A stretch of 64,000 bases of DNA, taken from an uncultured Acidimicrobiaceae bacterium (GTDB lineage: Bacteria > Actinomycetota > Acidimicrobiia > Acidimicrobiales > Ilumatobacteraceae). Of this stretch, positions 18,940 to 28,091 are shown piece by piece. The translations under genes and the position numbers were made by a program. The first letter of the stretch is position 1; every line of letters starts with the position of its first letter. Under the pieces are notes generated by a model, which did not search any database, was not told where the DNA came from, and saw only the letters and a list, made by a program, of their open reading frames with translations. The stretch lies in NCBI GenBank assembly GCA_963847775.1, contig CAWKAY010000015.1:30894-94893 (forward strand), in the 5' to 3' direction.

Positions 18940-19470
18940 TCACCAGAGCCCCGCGTCCGGCGGTGACCTCGGCGACTGACGTGGGTCCGCACGGGTGCCA
19001 TCGAGCCAGCTCACCACGGTGGCCTTGTGCACGGCTGCCGAGCCAGACCAGGTCGGCGTCGGACAGCGAACCCTTCGTCCAGGCGAAGCTCGCCGCCGTC
19101 CCGATCTTCTGATCGACCAACCGACGGCTGAGATCGAGTTCATCGGCGGGAGGGAACGGCAACTCGTCGTGCAGGACGTACCGTTCGGTGTTCCAGCTGA
19201 GATGCACCTCGGATCGGAGTTCTCGCAACCCGGACGCCGTTCCCACCGGGACCCATCGCGACGAGATCGCCCAGCAACCACCAGCGATCCACACGCACGG
19301 CCAAAGCCGTCAGCGATCACCGCGTCCAGCGCGATCGAATTGCGGGGGACATCGGTCAGGACGGCGATCGCCATCGCCGCAGTGTCGCGACCGACGCCGG
19401 GCGAGACACTCGCCCGGTCAGCGCAGCAGCCGCCGGTCGACGCAGTTCGCCGGAGCACGAGCCCGAGCAC
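18940..19470 (-). pseudogene. Truncated, frame-shifted remnant with a helix-hairpin-helix (HhH-GPD glycosylase-like) motif
   Basis: SPGVGRDTAAMAIAVL..ALDAVIADGFGR resembles the LPGVGRKTA HhH motif. The coding-like signal then switches to the frame of ORF 17540..19294 (WNTERYVLHDELPFPP...). There is no room for the N-terminal half before the trxA promoter. Confidence 0.3.
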
Positions 19471-19574
19471 GAGCCCGAGGATCGCCTCGGAATGATTGTC
19501 CCGACCGCCTGGTTACTCCTCGGTACACTCCCCTACGCTCGTCACCACGGCGTCTACGGCAAAGGACTGATTCG

Positions 19575-20873
19575 ATGGCCAACGGCATCACCAACCTCAC
19601 CAGCTCGACCTTCGACGAGACGGTCGCTGCATCGAGCGTCCCGGTGCTCGTCGATTTCTGGGCCGAGTGGTGTGGTCCGTGCAAGCAGATCGCTCCCGTG
19701 CTCGAGGAACTCGCCGGTGAGCTCGGCGACCAGATCACGATCACCAAGCTCAACGTCGACGAGAGCCCCGACATCGCCATGAGGTACAGCGTGATGAGCA
19801 TCCCGACGCTGCTGGTCCTGCAGGACGGGGACGTCAAGAAGAAGATCGTCGGCGCCAAGGGCAAGGGTGCACTTCTCCAGGAGCTCGACGAAATTTCTCG
19901 CTACTTCCCACTGACACTCGGTCAGCGCGGCGAAGCGATCCGAGATCTCCAGCGCCGCCTCGGTGCCGCAGGATTCGCTCCTGTCGGGGCCGAGCCGGGT
20001 TGCTTCTGTGCTGCAACCGACCTCGCATTGCGGGAGTTCCAGCTGGTCAGGGGACTGCGGGTGACCGGATCGTGTGACGAGGAGACATGGCGTGCGATCG
20101 TCGAGGCGTCATGGGATCTGGGGGACCGCCTGCTCCTGCTCGTCGCTCCGAACCTCCGTGGCGACGACGTCAGCGATCTGCAGGCGTCGTTGGCCCGGCT
20201 CGGTTTCGACTCCGGACGTGTCGACGGGATCTTCGGTCCGGCGACCTCACGTGCGCTGGAGGACTTCCAACACAACTCCGGGCTGTACGTCGACGGGGTC
20301 TGCGGGCCCGACACCGTCCGCGCGATCCAGGTGCTCCTCCGCCAGACCGGCACGGGGCCGGGTGTCACCGTGGTCCGGGAGCTCGAGGCGCTCACTGCGT
20401 CGGCCCGCTCGCTGGCCGAGATGCGCCTCGTCGTCGGGCAGTTCGGTGGTCTGAGCGCTCTGTCCCGTCAGCTGGTGCAAGCACTCCGGCAACGAAGCGC
20501 GACGGTGATCGCCTCCGACGAGCCGGACGCTGCGGCTCAGGCTGCGGCGGCGAACCGATTCGCTGCGACCGCCTACCTCGGCTTCGAGACCCAGACCGGC
20601 GTCGAGCCGACGGTCTACTACTACGCAGTGCCCCAGTTCGAATCTGCGGGCGGTCGGTCGCTCGCTACGTTCATCGCCGAGCAGTGTCGGGTTCACCTCG
20701 AGGTCTTCACGCCCGCTGTCCAGGGGATGCGGCTTCCGGTGCTCCGTGAGACCCGCATGCCCGCGGTGCTGCTGACGATCGGTCCGGTCCCGGCGGTGTT
20801 GGATCGGGCTCCCCAGCTCGTCACGGCGGTCATCGACGCACTGGAACTCTGGACCCGTGATCCAGGGTTGTGA
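19575..20873 (+). CDS. trxA: Thioredoxin (aa 1-107) continuous in frame with a CwlM-like protein (2 PG-binding repeats plus a degenerate amidase_3 domain)
   Basis: AAGGA RBS plus ATG 19575, with WCGPC. No stop after ...ALLQELDEI. It continues SRYFPLTLGQRGEAIRDLQRRLG..VDGIFGPATSRAL..VDGVCGPDT.., then an amidase_3-like C-terminus. Confidence 0.8.
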   Translation: MANGITNLTSSTFDETVAASSVPVLVDFWAEWCGPCKQIAPVLEELAGELGDQITITKLNVDESPDIAMRYSVMSIPTLLVLQDGDVKKKIVGAKGKGALLQELDEISRYFPLTLGQRGEAIRDLQRRLGAAGFAPVGAEPGCFCAATDLALREFQLVRGLRVTGSCDEETWRAIVEASWDLGDRLLLLVAPNLRGDDVSDLQASLARLGFDSGRVDGIFGPATSRALEDFQHNSGLYVDGVCGPDTVRAIQVLLRQTGTGPGVTVVRELEALTASARSLAEMRLVVGQFGGLSALSRQLVQALRQRSATVIASDEPDAAAQAAAANRFAATAYLGFETQTGVEPTVYYYAVPQFESAGGRSLATFIAEQCRVHLEVFTPAVQGMRLPVLRETRMPAVLLTIGPVPAVLDRAPQLVTAVIDALELWTRDPGL

Positions 20874-20880
20874 AGCACCG

Positions 20881-20930
20881 TTATCCCCAGGTTGATGCTG
20901 AACCACGGGAATATCGAGGGTTTATCCACA
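20881..20930. promoter_or_regulatory. Two same-orientation DnaA-box-like 9-mers outside oriC
   Basis: TTATCCCCA at 20881-20889 and a perfect TTATCCACA at 20922-20930, in the convergent cwlM/parB gap. Confidence 0.4.
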
Positions 20931-21032
20931 GAATTCTCCCCACCCTGTGACTGAAGGTCACGCGCGGGTTCAACGTTGAAGTGCGCATCGAGCCACCGCG
21001 GAAGGGCGAACCACGTCACGGAAATGTCCGGA

Positions 21033-21950
21033 CTATTGGTCGGTCATCCGCCGATAGATCCGCTCCAGGTCGCCCAGATCGGCGAAGTCGATCGCAATCC
21101 GACCCTTCTTCGCGCCCATCTGCACCGACACCCGCGTGTCGAGGTGCTCGGCCAGCAACTCCTCCAGCTCGAGGAGCCCGGGTGGGCGAAGTCGTGTCGT
21201 TGCAGTGATACCTGCGCCGTCGTGACCGGCAGGCCGGTCGCCCGTCGCCTCGGGAGCGCTGTCGGGAACCGACCCAGCACCACCACGCTTCACCGCTTCC
21301 TCGACCGTTCGAACGGTCCACCCCTCCTCGGCTGCTTGCCGCGCCAGCGACTCCTGGAGTGCGCGGTCGGGCGTTGCCAACAGCGCCCGTGCGTGGCCGG
21401 CTGACAACCGTCCGTCGGCAAGCAGGTGTTGGATCGAAGGCGGCAATCCCAGCAGTCGGAGCGTGTTGGTCACCGCCGACCGGCTCTTGCCCACCCGGTC
21501 GGCGACCTCCTCGTGCGTCAGGTCGAAGTCCTCGACCAGCTGCTGGTACGCCGCTGCTTCCTCGAGCGCCGTCAGATCCTGTCGATGCAGGTTCTCGATC
21601 AGTGCTTGTTCCACCGACGCGAGATCGTCCGTGGTGCGAACCAGTGCCGGAATGGTCGCCAGGCCGGCGCGCCCGGCAGCACGCCACCGTCGCTCTCCGG
21701 CGATCAGCTCGAAGCCGGAGCCGTTCGGCCGGACGAGGATGGGCTGAAGCACTCCGATCTGTTGGATCGAGGCGGTCAACTCCGCCAACGACTCCTCGTC
21801 GAAGTGTACGCGTGGCTGATGCGGGTTCGGGGTGATGTCGCCGACCGGCAACTCCTGGAGCAACGCCGGTTCGCCCGAGTCGCCAGGAACTGCCTCGCCG
21901 GGGGGGATGAGCGAGCTCAGTCCCTTGCCGAGTCCACTACGTCGGGCCAT
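21033..21950 (-). CDS. parB: Chromosome partitioning protein ParB
   Basis: Start MARRSGLGKGLSSLIP at 21950. Motifs GERRWRAA and SAVTNTLRLL (HTH). Confidence 0.9.
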   Translation of the reverse strand: MARRSGLGKGLSSLIPPGEAVPGDSGEPALLQELPVGDITPNPHQPRVHFDEESLAELTASIQQIGVLQPILVRPNGSGFELIAGERRWRAAGRAGLATIPALVRTTDDLASVEQALIENLHRQDLTALEEAAAYQQLVEDFDLTHEEVADRVGKSRSAVTNTLRLLGLPPSIQHLLADGRLSAGHARALLATPDRALQESLARQAAEEGWTVRTVEEAVKRGGAGSVPDSAPEATGDRPAGHDGAGITATTRLRPPGLLELEELLAEHLDTRVSVQMGAKKGRIAIDFADLGDLERIYRRMTDQ

Positions 21951-22740
21951 GGTGTACCTCCTTGGCGACGTCCCGATAGGCGACGGCTCCCCGGGAACGC
22001 GGGTCGAAGGTGATGATCGGTTGACCGAACGAGGGTGCCTCCGACAGGCGCACCGACCGTGGCACGATCGCTCGCACGACCTTGTCTCCGAAGTGATCAC
22101 GCACCTCTTGAACGACCTGGTCCGACAGTTTGGTGCGGGCGTCGTACATCACACACACGATCGTCGACACCTCGAGATCGGGATTCAGGTTGCGCTTGAC
22201 GAGATCGACATTTCGCAGCAGCTGTCCGAGGCCTTCGAGTGCGTAGTACTCCGTCTGGATCGGCACCAACACCTCCGCGGCGGCGGCGAGACCGTTCACG
22301 GTCAACAAGCCGAGGGTCGGCGGGCAGTCGATCAGGACGTAGTCGTAGTCATCGATCACGGTCTTGATCGCGTTTCGCAGGCGGGTTTCGCGACTGAACG
22401 CCGGCACCAACTCGATCTCGGCGCCGGCCAGATCGAGGCTGGCGGGGGCCACGAACAGGTTGCGAACGTCGGTGGGTTCGATGCAGTTCTCGAGCGGGAC
22501 ATCGTGCATCAGGACGTGATACATCGAGGTCTCGAGCCCACGGTTCTCGATACCGAGACCGGTGGACGCATTGCCCTGCGGGTCGAGGTCGACGACGAGG
22601 GTGCGTAGGCCCATCTCGGCCAGACAGGCCCCGGTGTTGATCGTCGTGGTCGTCTTGCCGACACCACCTTTCTGGTTGGCGACGGCAATGACGCGGGGGA
22701 GTGGGCGCACGGGGGGGCGTGCGTCGGCGGCTGGGTCCAT
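21937..22740 (-). CDS. parA: Chromosome partitioning ATPase ParA/Soj
   Basis: Deviant Walker A: NQKGGVGKTTT. Overlaps the parB start by 14 nt. Confidence 0.95.
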   Translation of the reverse strand: MDPAADARPPVRPLPRVIAVANQKGGVGKTTTTINTGACLAEMGLRTLVVDLDPQGNASTGLGIENRGLETSMYHVLMHDVPLENCIEPTDVRNLFVAPASLDLAGAEIELVPAFSRETRLRNAIKTVIDDYDYVLIDCPPTLGLLTVNGLAAAAEVLVPIQTEYYALEGLGQLLRNVDLVKRNLNPDLEVSTIVCVMYDARTKLSDQVVQEVRDHFGDKVVRAIVPRSVRLSEAPSFGQPIITFDPRSRGAVAYRDVAKEVHHGPT

Positions 22741-22944
22741 TGCGGCACAGTCTGGCGGGTGGCCGAGTCAATTGCCAGCACCCTCGACCAGTTCCTGAGA
22801 CCGTGACGGATTCGATGGTGATTCCGACCCCTCCACACCGGTCGCAACCGGATGGAGACGCACGGATCTCGACCGGGCCGCAACGACACCGGCTGGGACT
22901 CGATGCACTGGGATCAGGGGAAATGCAATCGGAGCCGGCGCGAA

Positions 22945-22960
22945 TGTTTCCCGTGAAACA
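22945..22960. promoter_or_regulatory. parS site (1 mismatch to TGTTTCACGTGAAACA)
   Basis: TGTTTCCCGTGAAACA. Confidence 0.8.
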
Positions 22961-22992
22961 TCACGGGGCGACGTCGCACCACCGAGCCGAAT

Positions 22993-23008
22993 TGTTTCTC
23001 GTGAAACA
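22993..23008. promoter_or_regulatory. parS site (1 mismatch)
   Basis: TGTTTCTCGTGAAACA. Confidence 0.8.
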
Positions 23009-23069
23009 TCGAGCCCTCCCGAACGCACAGGACCCGGCTGCGCTCATGGGCTCGACGTGAGCCACCTCG

Positions 23070-23615
23070 TCACGTGGCACTCCGGCAAAAGACGCGCACC
23101 GGCCCCGTCCGCTCCGACGTCAGCATCAGATCCTCGAGCAACGCAGTTGGCCAACGATCGCCCGTCGGCGGTTCGCTGATCACGATTCGTCCAGCCGGCG
23201 CGAGCAGCGACGCGGCCGACCGGATGGTGAACTCGGGCGGCCCGAATCCACGCGCCGTCACGACGTCGAACGGTGGCTCGACCTCGGTCCGCACGTCGCG
23301 AATCAGTGCGGCCACATCGTCGCAACGAACCTCGACGTGATCGAACCCGAGTCGTAACACCGCGAGCCGCAAGAAGTCGGTGCGCTTCTCCCGTCGATCA
23401 AGCAGGACGACCGTTGCGTCCCGGAAGCTGTCCGCCAGCACCAGGCCGGGGAGGCCGCCACCCGTGCCGAGATCGATGACTCGACTTCCGGGAGGCAGAT
23501 CGCCGAGGGCCTGCACGAAGCTGTTCGAGTGCTCGATCGCCTCATCGATCGGACGATCCCCGAAAAAGCCGAAACGCTGCGCCGCGCGCAGCGTTTCGGT
23601 CAGCGACTCGTGCAT
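23070..23615 (-). CDS. rsmG: 16S rRNA (guanine527-N7)-methyltransferase RsmG/GidB
   Basis: 181 aa. VIDLGTGGGLPGLVLA SAM motif. Conserved position between jag and parA. Confidence 0.9.
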   Translation of the reverse strand: MHESLTETLRAAQRFGFFGDRPIDEAIEHSNSFVQALGDLPPGSRVIDLGTGGGLPGLVLADSFRDATVVLLDRREKRTDFLRLAVLRLGFDHVEVRCDDVAALIRDVRTEVEPPFDVVTARGFGPPEFTIRSAASLLAPAGRIVISEPPTGDRWPTALLEDLMLTSERTGPVRVFCRSAT

Positions 23616-23623
23616 CGGTCGAC

Positions 23624-24532
23624 TCAGCTGGGCGTGATGATCACCCGGCGTGTCGGATCGTCGCCCTCGGACCGACTCGTGACGCCGTCGATCTCGATGA
23701 TCGCGTCGTGCACGACCTTGCGATCGGCCGACGGCATCGGCTCGAGCGCTTTCGGCTCGCCCGACTCGATCACCTGGCTCGCGACCGCCGCAGCAAACTG
23801 CTCGAGCGCCGCTCGCCGCTTCTCGCGGTACCCGCCGACGTCGATGCGCAGACGCGTCTCATGGTCGCCGAGTCGGCGCTGCGACGCCACCCGCGCGAGA
23901 TCCTGGACCGCGATCAAGGTGCGTCCACCCGGGCCGACCATGAGGCCGAGGTCGCGGCCGCTCACCTGCACCTCGAGATCGGTGCCGTCGATGTCGATCG
24001 TGGTCGTTGCCTCGGCGCCGAACGCGTCCGCCAGTCCCGACATGAACGCAATGGCGGCATCACCGACTTCCTCCGGCGTCACGGTCGACTCCTGCTGCTC
24101 GTCACTCATCGATGTGTTCTCCTTGTTGTGCTTCGACCGGTTCGATGACTGCCGCTCACGCGCCGGCCGCTCGCGTCGAGCAGGCTGCGCATCGTCGGCT
24201 GCGCCATCGGTGTCGGATTCGGAACCATTCGTCGACGACATCGAGGCCCTGTCGGCGGTGCCGCTCGACTGGCCGTCGCTGCGTCCACCGCGTTTGCGAT
24301 CGTCGGGTCGTGCCTTCGCGCGGCCACGCGATCGACGATCCTGCTTGGGACGCACGGCAGCCGGCTTGACTCGGGCACGCACGCGCGCCTCGCCGCGCAT
24401 CCGACCGAAGAGACCCGACTTGGGTTCTTCGAGGACCTCGAACTCCGCCTCGTCGGCAGCCACGCCGAGCTGATCGAGGGCTCGGTCCTTCGCCTCGTCG
24501 AGGCTCTTCGCGGTCGTTTCGACCCATTCCAT
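23624..24532 (-). CDS. jag: Jag/SpoIIIJ-associated RNA-binding protein (Jag_N, KH, R3H)
   Basis: MEWVETTAKSLDEAKDRALDQLG at the N-terminus, a basic linker, GPGGRTLIAVQDL (KH) and RKVVHDAI (R3H). Confidence 0.85.
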   Translation of the reverse strand: MEWVETTAKSLDEAKDRALDQLGVAADEAEFEVLEEPKSGLFGRMRGEARVRARVKPAAVRPKQDRRSRGRAKARPDDRKRGGRSDGQSSGTADRASMSSTNGSESDTDGAADDAQPARRERPARERQSSNRSKHNKENTSMSDEQQESTVTPEEVGDAAIAFMSGLADAFGAEATTTIDIDGTDLEVQVSGRDLGLMVGPGGRTLIAVQDLARVASQRRLGDHETRLRIDVGGYREKRRAALEQFAAAVASQVIESGEPKALEPMPSADRKVVHDAIIEIDGVTSRSEGDDPTRRVIITPS

Positions 24533-24566
24533 GTGATCTCTCCTTCAGGTGCAATCGAACGAACGG

Positions 24567-25673
24567 CTACTTGCGCTTCCGCTTCTTGGCCGAGCTCGGG
24601 CGAGCTGCCGTTCGACTGGTCGGACGGCCGGAGGGCCGATGCTTGGACGACGGTGTCGGACGATTCTTCGGAGCCGTGGTCCGTTTGGACGGCGCAATCT
24701 TCGCCGGTTGCTCGTCGCCGGACGGCTTGGACTTCGAGGTGGATTTCGGGGCGGCCTTCTTCGACTGACCCAGATCGCGCCGGACCTGCGCCAACGGCCC
24801 GCCACCGCCGTCCTTCTTCGCCAACTCGCGAGCCTGCTCGCTGGCGGCCTGGGCCTGGCGACCCAGCGATTCGTCGTGTCCGTAGAAGCGCTTCGTGATG
24901 TAGAACTGCTGCAGGATGCGCAGGATCGACTGGACGATGTAGTAGACGACCAGACCGAGCAGGAAGAAGATCTGGAAGACCGCGAACGCAACCGGCAGGT
25001 ACTGCATCAACTTCTGCTGGCTGGCCGACATCGTCGGGCTGACCGCAGCCCGTGCGGCGACCATGCGCTGCTGGAAGAAGTACAGCAGGCCGAGCATCGC
25101 GACGAGTCCTGCATAGACGAGACCGCGGGCGAAGTCCTGCCCCAGCATCTCCGCCGGTGACACCGACAGATCCAGGCCGAAGGCCGACATGTGGGTCTGC
25201 CGAACGAGGGATTGATACAACTCGGATGTCTGCGCGACGTAGCGGGGGACGAAACCGATGTCCGCGTTGGGGTCGGCCCCACCGGCGTTGAGCACCGCCC
25301 GCGCAACGAGCTCGTTGCCCCCGACGGGTTCATACGTCAGGCCGTGCAAGATCCGGAACATGATGATGAAGACCGGCATCTGAGCGACCAGCGGCAGGCA
25401 CGAAGCCATCGGATTGACCTTGTGCTCCTGGTAGAGCTTCATCATCTCTTCGTTGAGCTTCTGCCGGTCGTCACGGTGTTCGGCTTGCAGCTTGCGCATC
25501 TCGGGCGCCAGCCGTTGCATCTCGAGCATGCCCTTGGTGCTCTTCAAGATGAGCGGTGTGACGAGCAGCATCACGATCACCGCGATCAGACCGATCGCGA
25601 TCGCGTAGTTGCTGGTCAGGGCATATAACCACGCCAGCAACGCAGCGGGGACTTCGAACACACCGGCGAACAT
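24567..25673 (-). CDS. yidC: Membrane protein insertase YidC
   Basis: 368 aa. PEMRKLQAEHRDDRQKLNEEMMKLYQEHKVNP, with a basic C-terminal tail. Confidence 0.9.
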   Translation of the reverse strand: MFAGVFEVPAALLAWLYALTSNYAIAIGLIAVIVMLLVTPLILKSTKGMLEMQRLAPEMRKLQAEHRDDRQKLNEEMMKLYQEHKVNPMASCLPLVAQMPVFIIMFRILHGLTYEPVGGNELVARAVLNAGGADPNADIGFVPRYVAQTSELYQSLVRQTHMSAFGLDLSVSPAEMLGQDFARGLVYAGLVAMLGLLYFFQQRMVAARAAVSPTMSASQQKLMQYLPVAFAVFQIFFLLGLVVYYIVQSILRILQQFYITKRFYGHDESLGRQAQAASEQARELAKKDGGGGPLAQVRRDLGQSKKAAPKSTSKSKPSGDEQPAKIAPSKRTTAPKNRPTPSSKHRPSGRPTSRTAARPSSAKKRKRK

Positions 25674-25677
25674 GGGA

Positions 25678-25929
25678 TCAGGTTTCCTCGTAGTGGTGGG
25701 TGAGCCGCGCCGGCGAGCAGGTGTCGGTGCGGGGGAGGGGGACGGGGTCGAATCCGGACGGACCGAACGGTCGGCAGCGCAACAGTCGCCGCAGGGTCAA
25801 CCAGCCACCGCGTGAAGCACCATGCATCGTGATCGCGTCGTGGCCGTACTCGGAGCAGGTCGGAAAGAAGCGACACGGCGACGGGCGCCCGTCGGCCCCT
25901 CGTTGGTACCACTCGATCGCCCGGATCAT
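25678..25929 (-). CDS. yidD: Membrane protein insertion efficiency factor YidD
   Basis: [11 protein letters not shown]...SPCRFFPTCSEYGHDAI..RCRPFGPSGFDPVP. ATGA overlap with the rnpA stop. Confidence 0.85.
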   Translation of the reverse strand: MIRAIEWYQRGADGRPSPCRFFPTCSEYGHDAITMHGASRGGWLTLRRLLRCRPFGPSGFDPVPLPRTDTCSPARLTHHYEET

Positions 25930-26285
25930 CAGGCGCTGGACTCCACCGAGTGGGAGGTCGCCCGGATCGCACCGACCAGATCGTTCAACCGAAGTCGGAG
26001 TTGATCGAACGTCAGTTCGATCAACTCCGGTTGGGCGCCGATCAACAGCAGCCCGGTCGGGAGCGGTTCCATGCGATCGATCTCGCGCAGCAGCGCGCGG
26101 AGCCGGCGGCGGATCCGATTGCGTTGAACCGCCGGTCCGAAGGCGCGGCCGATCGCGAACGCCACGAACGTCGCGGTCGAGTCGGGATCGGGACACCAGG
26201 TGCACCACAGCGCCGAACGACGGATCCGCGTGCCGTCACGTGCCAGGCGGTCGAAGCCGTGGCGCTCGCGGATCCGACCGATCAA
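25929..26285 (-). CDS. rnpA: Ribonuclease P protein component
   Basis: TTG start at 26285 overlapping the rpmH stop (TTGA). Has an [14 protein letters not shown] basic motif. Confidence 0.8.
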   Translation of the reverse strand: MIGRIRERHGFDRLARDGTRIRRSALWCTWCPDPDSTATFVAFAIGRAFGPAVQRNRIRRRLRALLREIDRMEPLPTGLLLIGAQPELIELTFDQLRLRLNDLVGAIRATSHSVESSA

Positions 26286-26416
26286 GCCGAAAGACGGGCG
26301 CGGCCCTTGGCGCGTCGGTTCTTGAGCACTGCCCGGCCGGCACGAGTGCTCATACGAGCGCGAAACCCATGTTTCTTCGCACGGCGATGGGTGTTGGGCT
26401 GGAATGTACGCTTCAC
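26282..26416 (-). CDS. rpmH: 50S ribosomal protein L34
   Basis: GAGGAGG RBS plus GTG 26416. Reads (M)[43 protein letters not shown]. Confidence 0.95.
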   Translation of the reverse strand: MKRTFQPNTHRRAKKHGFRARMSTRAGRAVLKNRRAKGRARLSA

Positions 26417-26638
26417 GTCGTCCTCCTCGATCACCTGGCTGGAGCGCACTGCCAGGTGGACACGATCTGATGCAACTCGGTGCGTGGACGAACCACGCAA
26501 CTCGACCTGACAAGGCTACGGCGGCGAACCCACGCGCGGCAACCAGGGTTCGAAACCCGCAGCGGCGGCGCCGCTGCGCCATTTTCGGAGCCCCGACCGA
26601 TCGTGCTAGGTTGCTGCGCCTGCACCACGCTGGCCCCG

Positions 26639-26670
26639 TTGTCCACACCTGTGGACAACCGTGTGGAATG
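26639..26670. promoter_or_regulatory. DnaA-box cluster upstream of dnaA (converging pair plus a weaker third box)
   Basis: TTGTCCACA at 26639-26647, TGTGGACAA at 26650-26658 and TGTGGAAT at 26663-26670. Confidence 0.75.
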
Positions 26671-26699
26671 CGTGGTCATGGTCGTTGCGGAGGTTCCGG

Positions 26700-28091
26700 G
26701 TGAGTGATCAACACGAGGTGTGGACAGCCGTTGCGCAACTGCTCCGTGCCCAGCTCACCGAGTCGGTCTGGTTCTCGACCTTCTCCGAGGTCGTGCCGCA
26801 GGTCGCCGACGACCACTCCAGCCTGGTGATCCAGGTCCCGAGCACGCTCGCTCGCGACCGGATCCTCACGCGCTATCAACCCTTGATCACCGACGCCATG
26901 GACGAGATCGGCGTCGGTGATCGGCACTTCGACGTCATCATCGGCGGTTCCGAGCACGTCGGCGTCGACACGCTCGAGATCCCCGTCGTCGACACCTCGA
27001 CCGCCGCGACGGCGGCGCCCGCCGGCGCCCGCGAGCGTACGACGAGCGGCGATGATGCGCTCGACGAGGCGGGTCTGAACCCCCGCTACACGTTCGAGAC
27101 CTTCGTGAAGGGAGCGTCCAACCAGTTTGCGTTGGCCGCGGCACTCCGCGTGGCCGAAACCCCGGCCCGCAGCTACAACCCACTGTTCATCTACGGTTCC
27201 GCCGGGCTCGGCAAGACCCACCTGCTCCACGCGATCGGGCACTACGTCCACAGCAACTACCAGCACCACGTCGTGCGCTACGTGTCGACCGAGACCTTCA
27301 TGAACGAGTACGTCGACGCGATCCGGTCGAACTCGATGGCCGGTCTGCGTCGCAAGTACCGCGAGATCGACGTCCTGCTGATCGACGACGTCCAGTTCCT
27401 CGAGGGCAAGGAGGGCCTCCAGGAGGAGTTCTTCCACACGTTCAACTCCCTGCACGGGGCGAACAAGCAGATCGTCATCTCGTCGGACCGCATGCCGGAC
27501 GCGATCCCGACCCTCGAGGAGCGACTCCGTGGGCGCTTCAAGTGGGGCCTGATCACAGACATCCAGCCCCCTGACCTCGAGACCCGGCTCGCGATCCTGC
27601 GCAACAAAGCCGAGCGCGAACGGGTGATGGTGCCGGCCGAGACGCTCGAGTTCATCGCGTCCAAGATCTCGACGAACATCCGCGAGCTCGAGGGGGCCTT
27701 GATCCGCGTGACCGCCTACGCCAGCCTCAGTGGTGCACCGATCACCACCGAGCTCGCCCAGCAACAGCTCGCCGATCTGCTCACCGACACCGAACCGAAG
27801 CCGCGCACCGACGCCGAGCTGCTCGACGAGATCGCGGCGATCCTCGGCTTCGAGGTCGAAGCCCTCAAGGGAAAGAGCCGGCAGCGACCGCTCGTCACCG
27901 CACGTCAGATCGCGATGTACGTCTTTCGAGAGAAGACCGACCTCAGCTACCCGAGCATCGCTCGACTGTTCGGCGGGCGAGATCACACCACCGTCATCCA
28001 CGCCGTCGAGAAGATCGCCCGACAGATGGGCGAACGCAAGGCCATCTACGAACAGGTCACCGACGTCCTGCAGAAGCTCAAGCTCCAATGA
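26700..28091 (+). CDS. dnaA: Chromosomal replication initiator DnaA (the ORF also opens at GTG 26661)
   Basis: GGAGG at 26688 plus GTG 26700. Motifs GSAGLGKTHLLHAIG, LLIDDVQFL and the DnaA signature at the C-terminus. Confidence 0.95.
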   Translation: MSDQHEVWTAVAQLLRAQLTESVWFSTFSEVVPQVADDHSSLVIQVPSTLARDRILTRYQPLITDAMDEIGVGDRHFDVIIGGSEHVGVDTLEIPVVDTSTAATAAPAGARERTTSGDDALDEAGLNPRYTFETFVKGASNQFALAAALRVAETPARSYNPLFIYGSAGLGKTHLLHAIGHYVHSNYQHHVVRYVSTETFMNEYVDAIRSNSMAGLRRKYREIDVLLIDDVQFLEGKEGLQEEFFHTFNSLHGANKQIVISSDRMPDAIPTLEERLRGRFKWGLITDIQPPDLETRLAILRNKAERERVMVPAETLEFIASKISTNIRELEGALIRVTAYASLSGAPITTELAQQQLADLLTDTEPKPRTDAELLDEIAAILGFEVEALKGKSRQRPLVTARQIAMYVFREKTDLSYPSIARLFGGRDHTTVIHAVEKIARQMGERKAIYEQVTDVLQKLKLQ

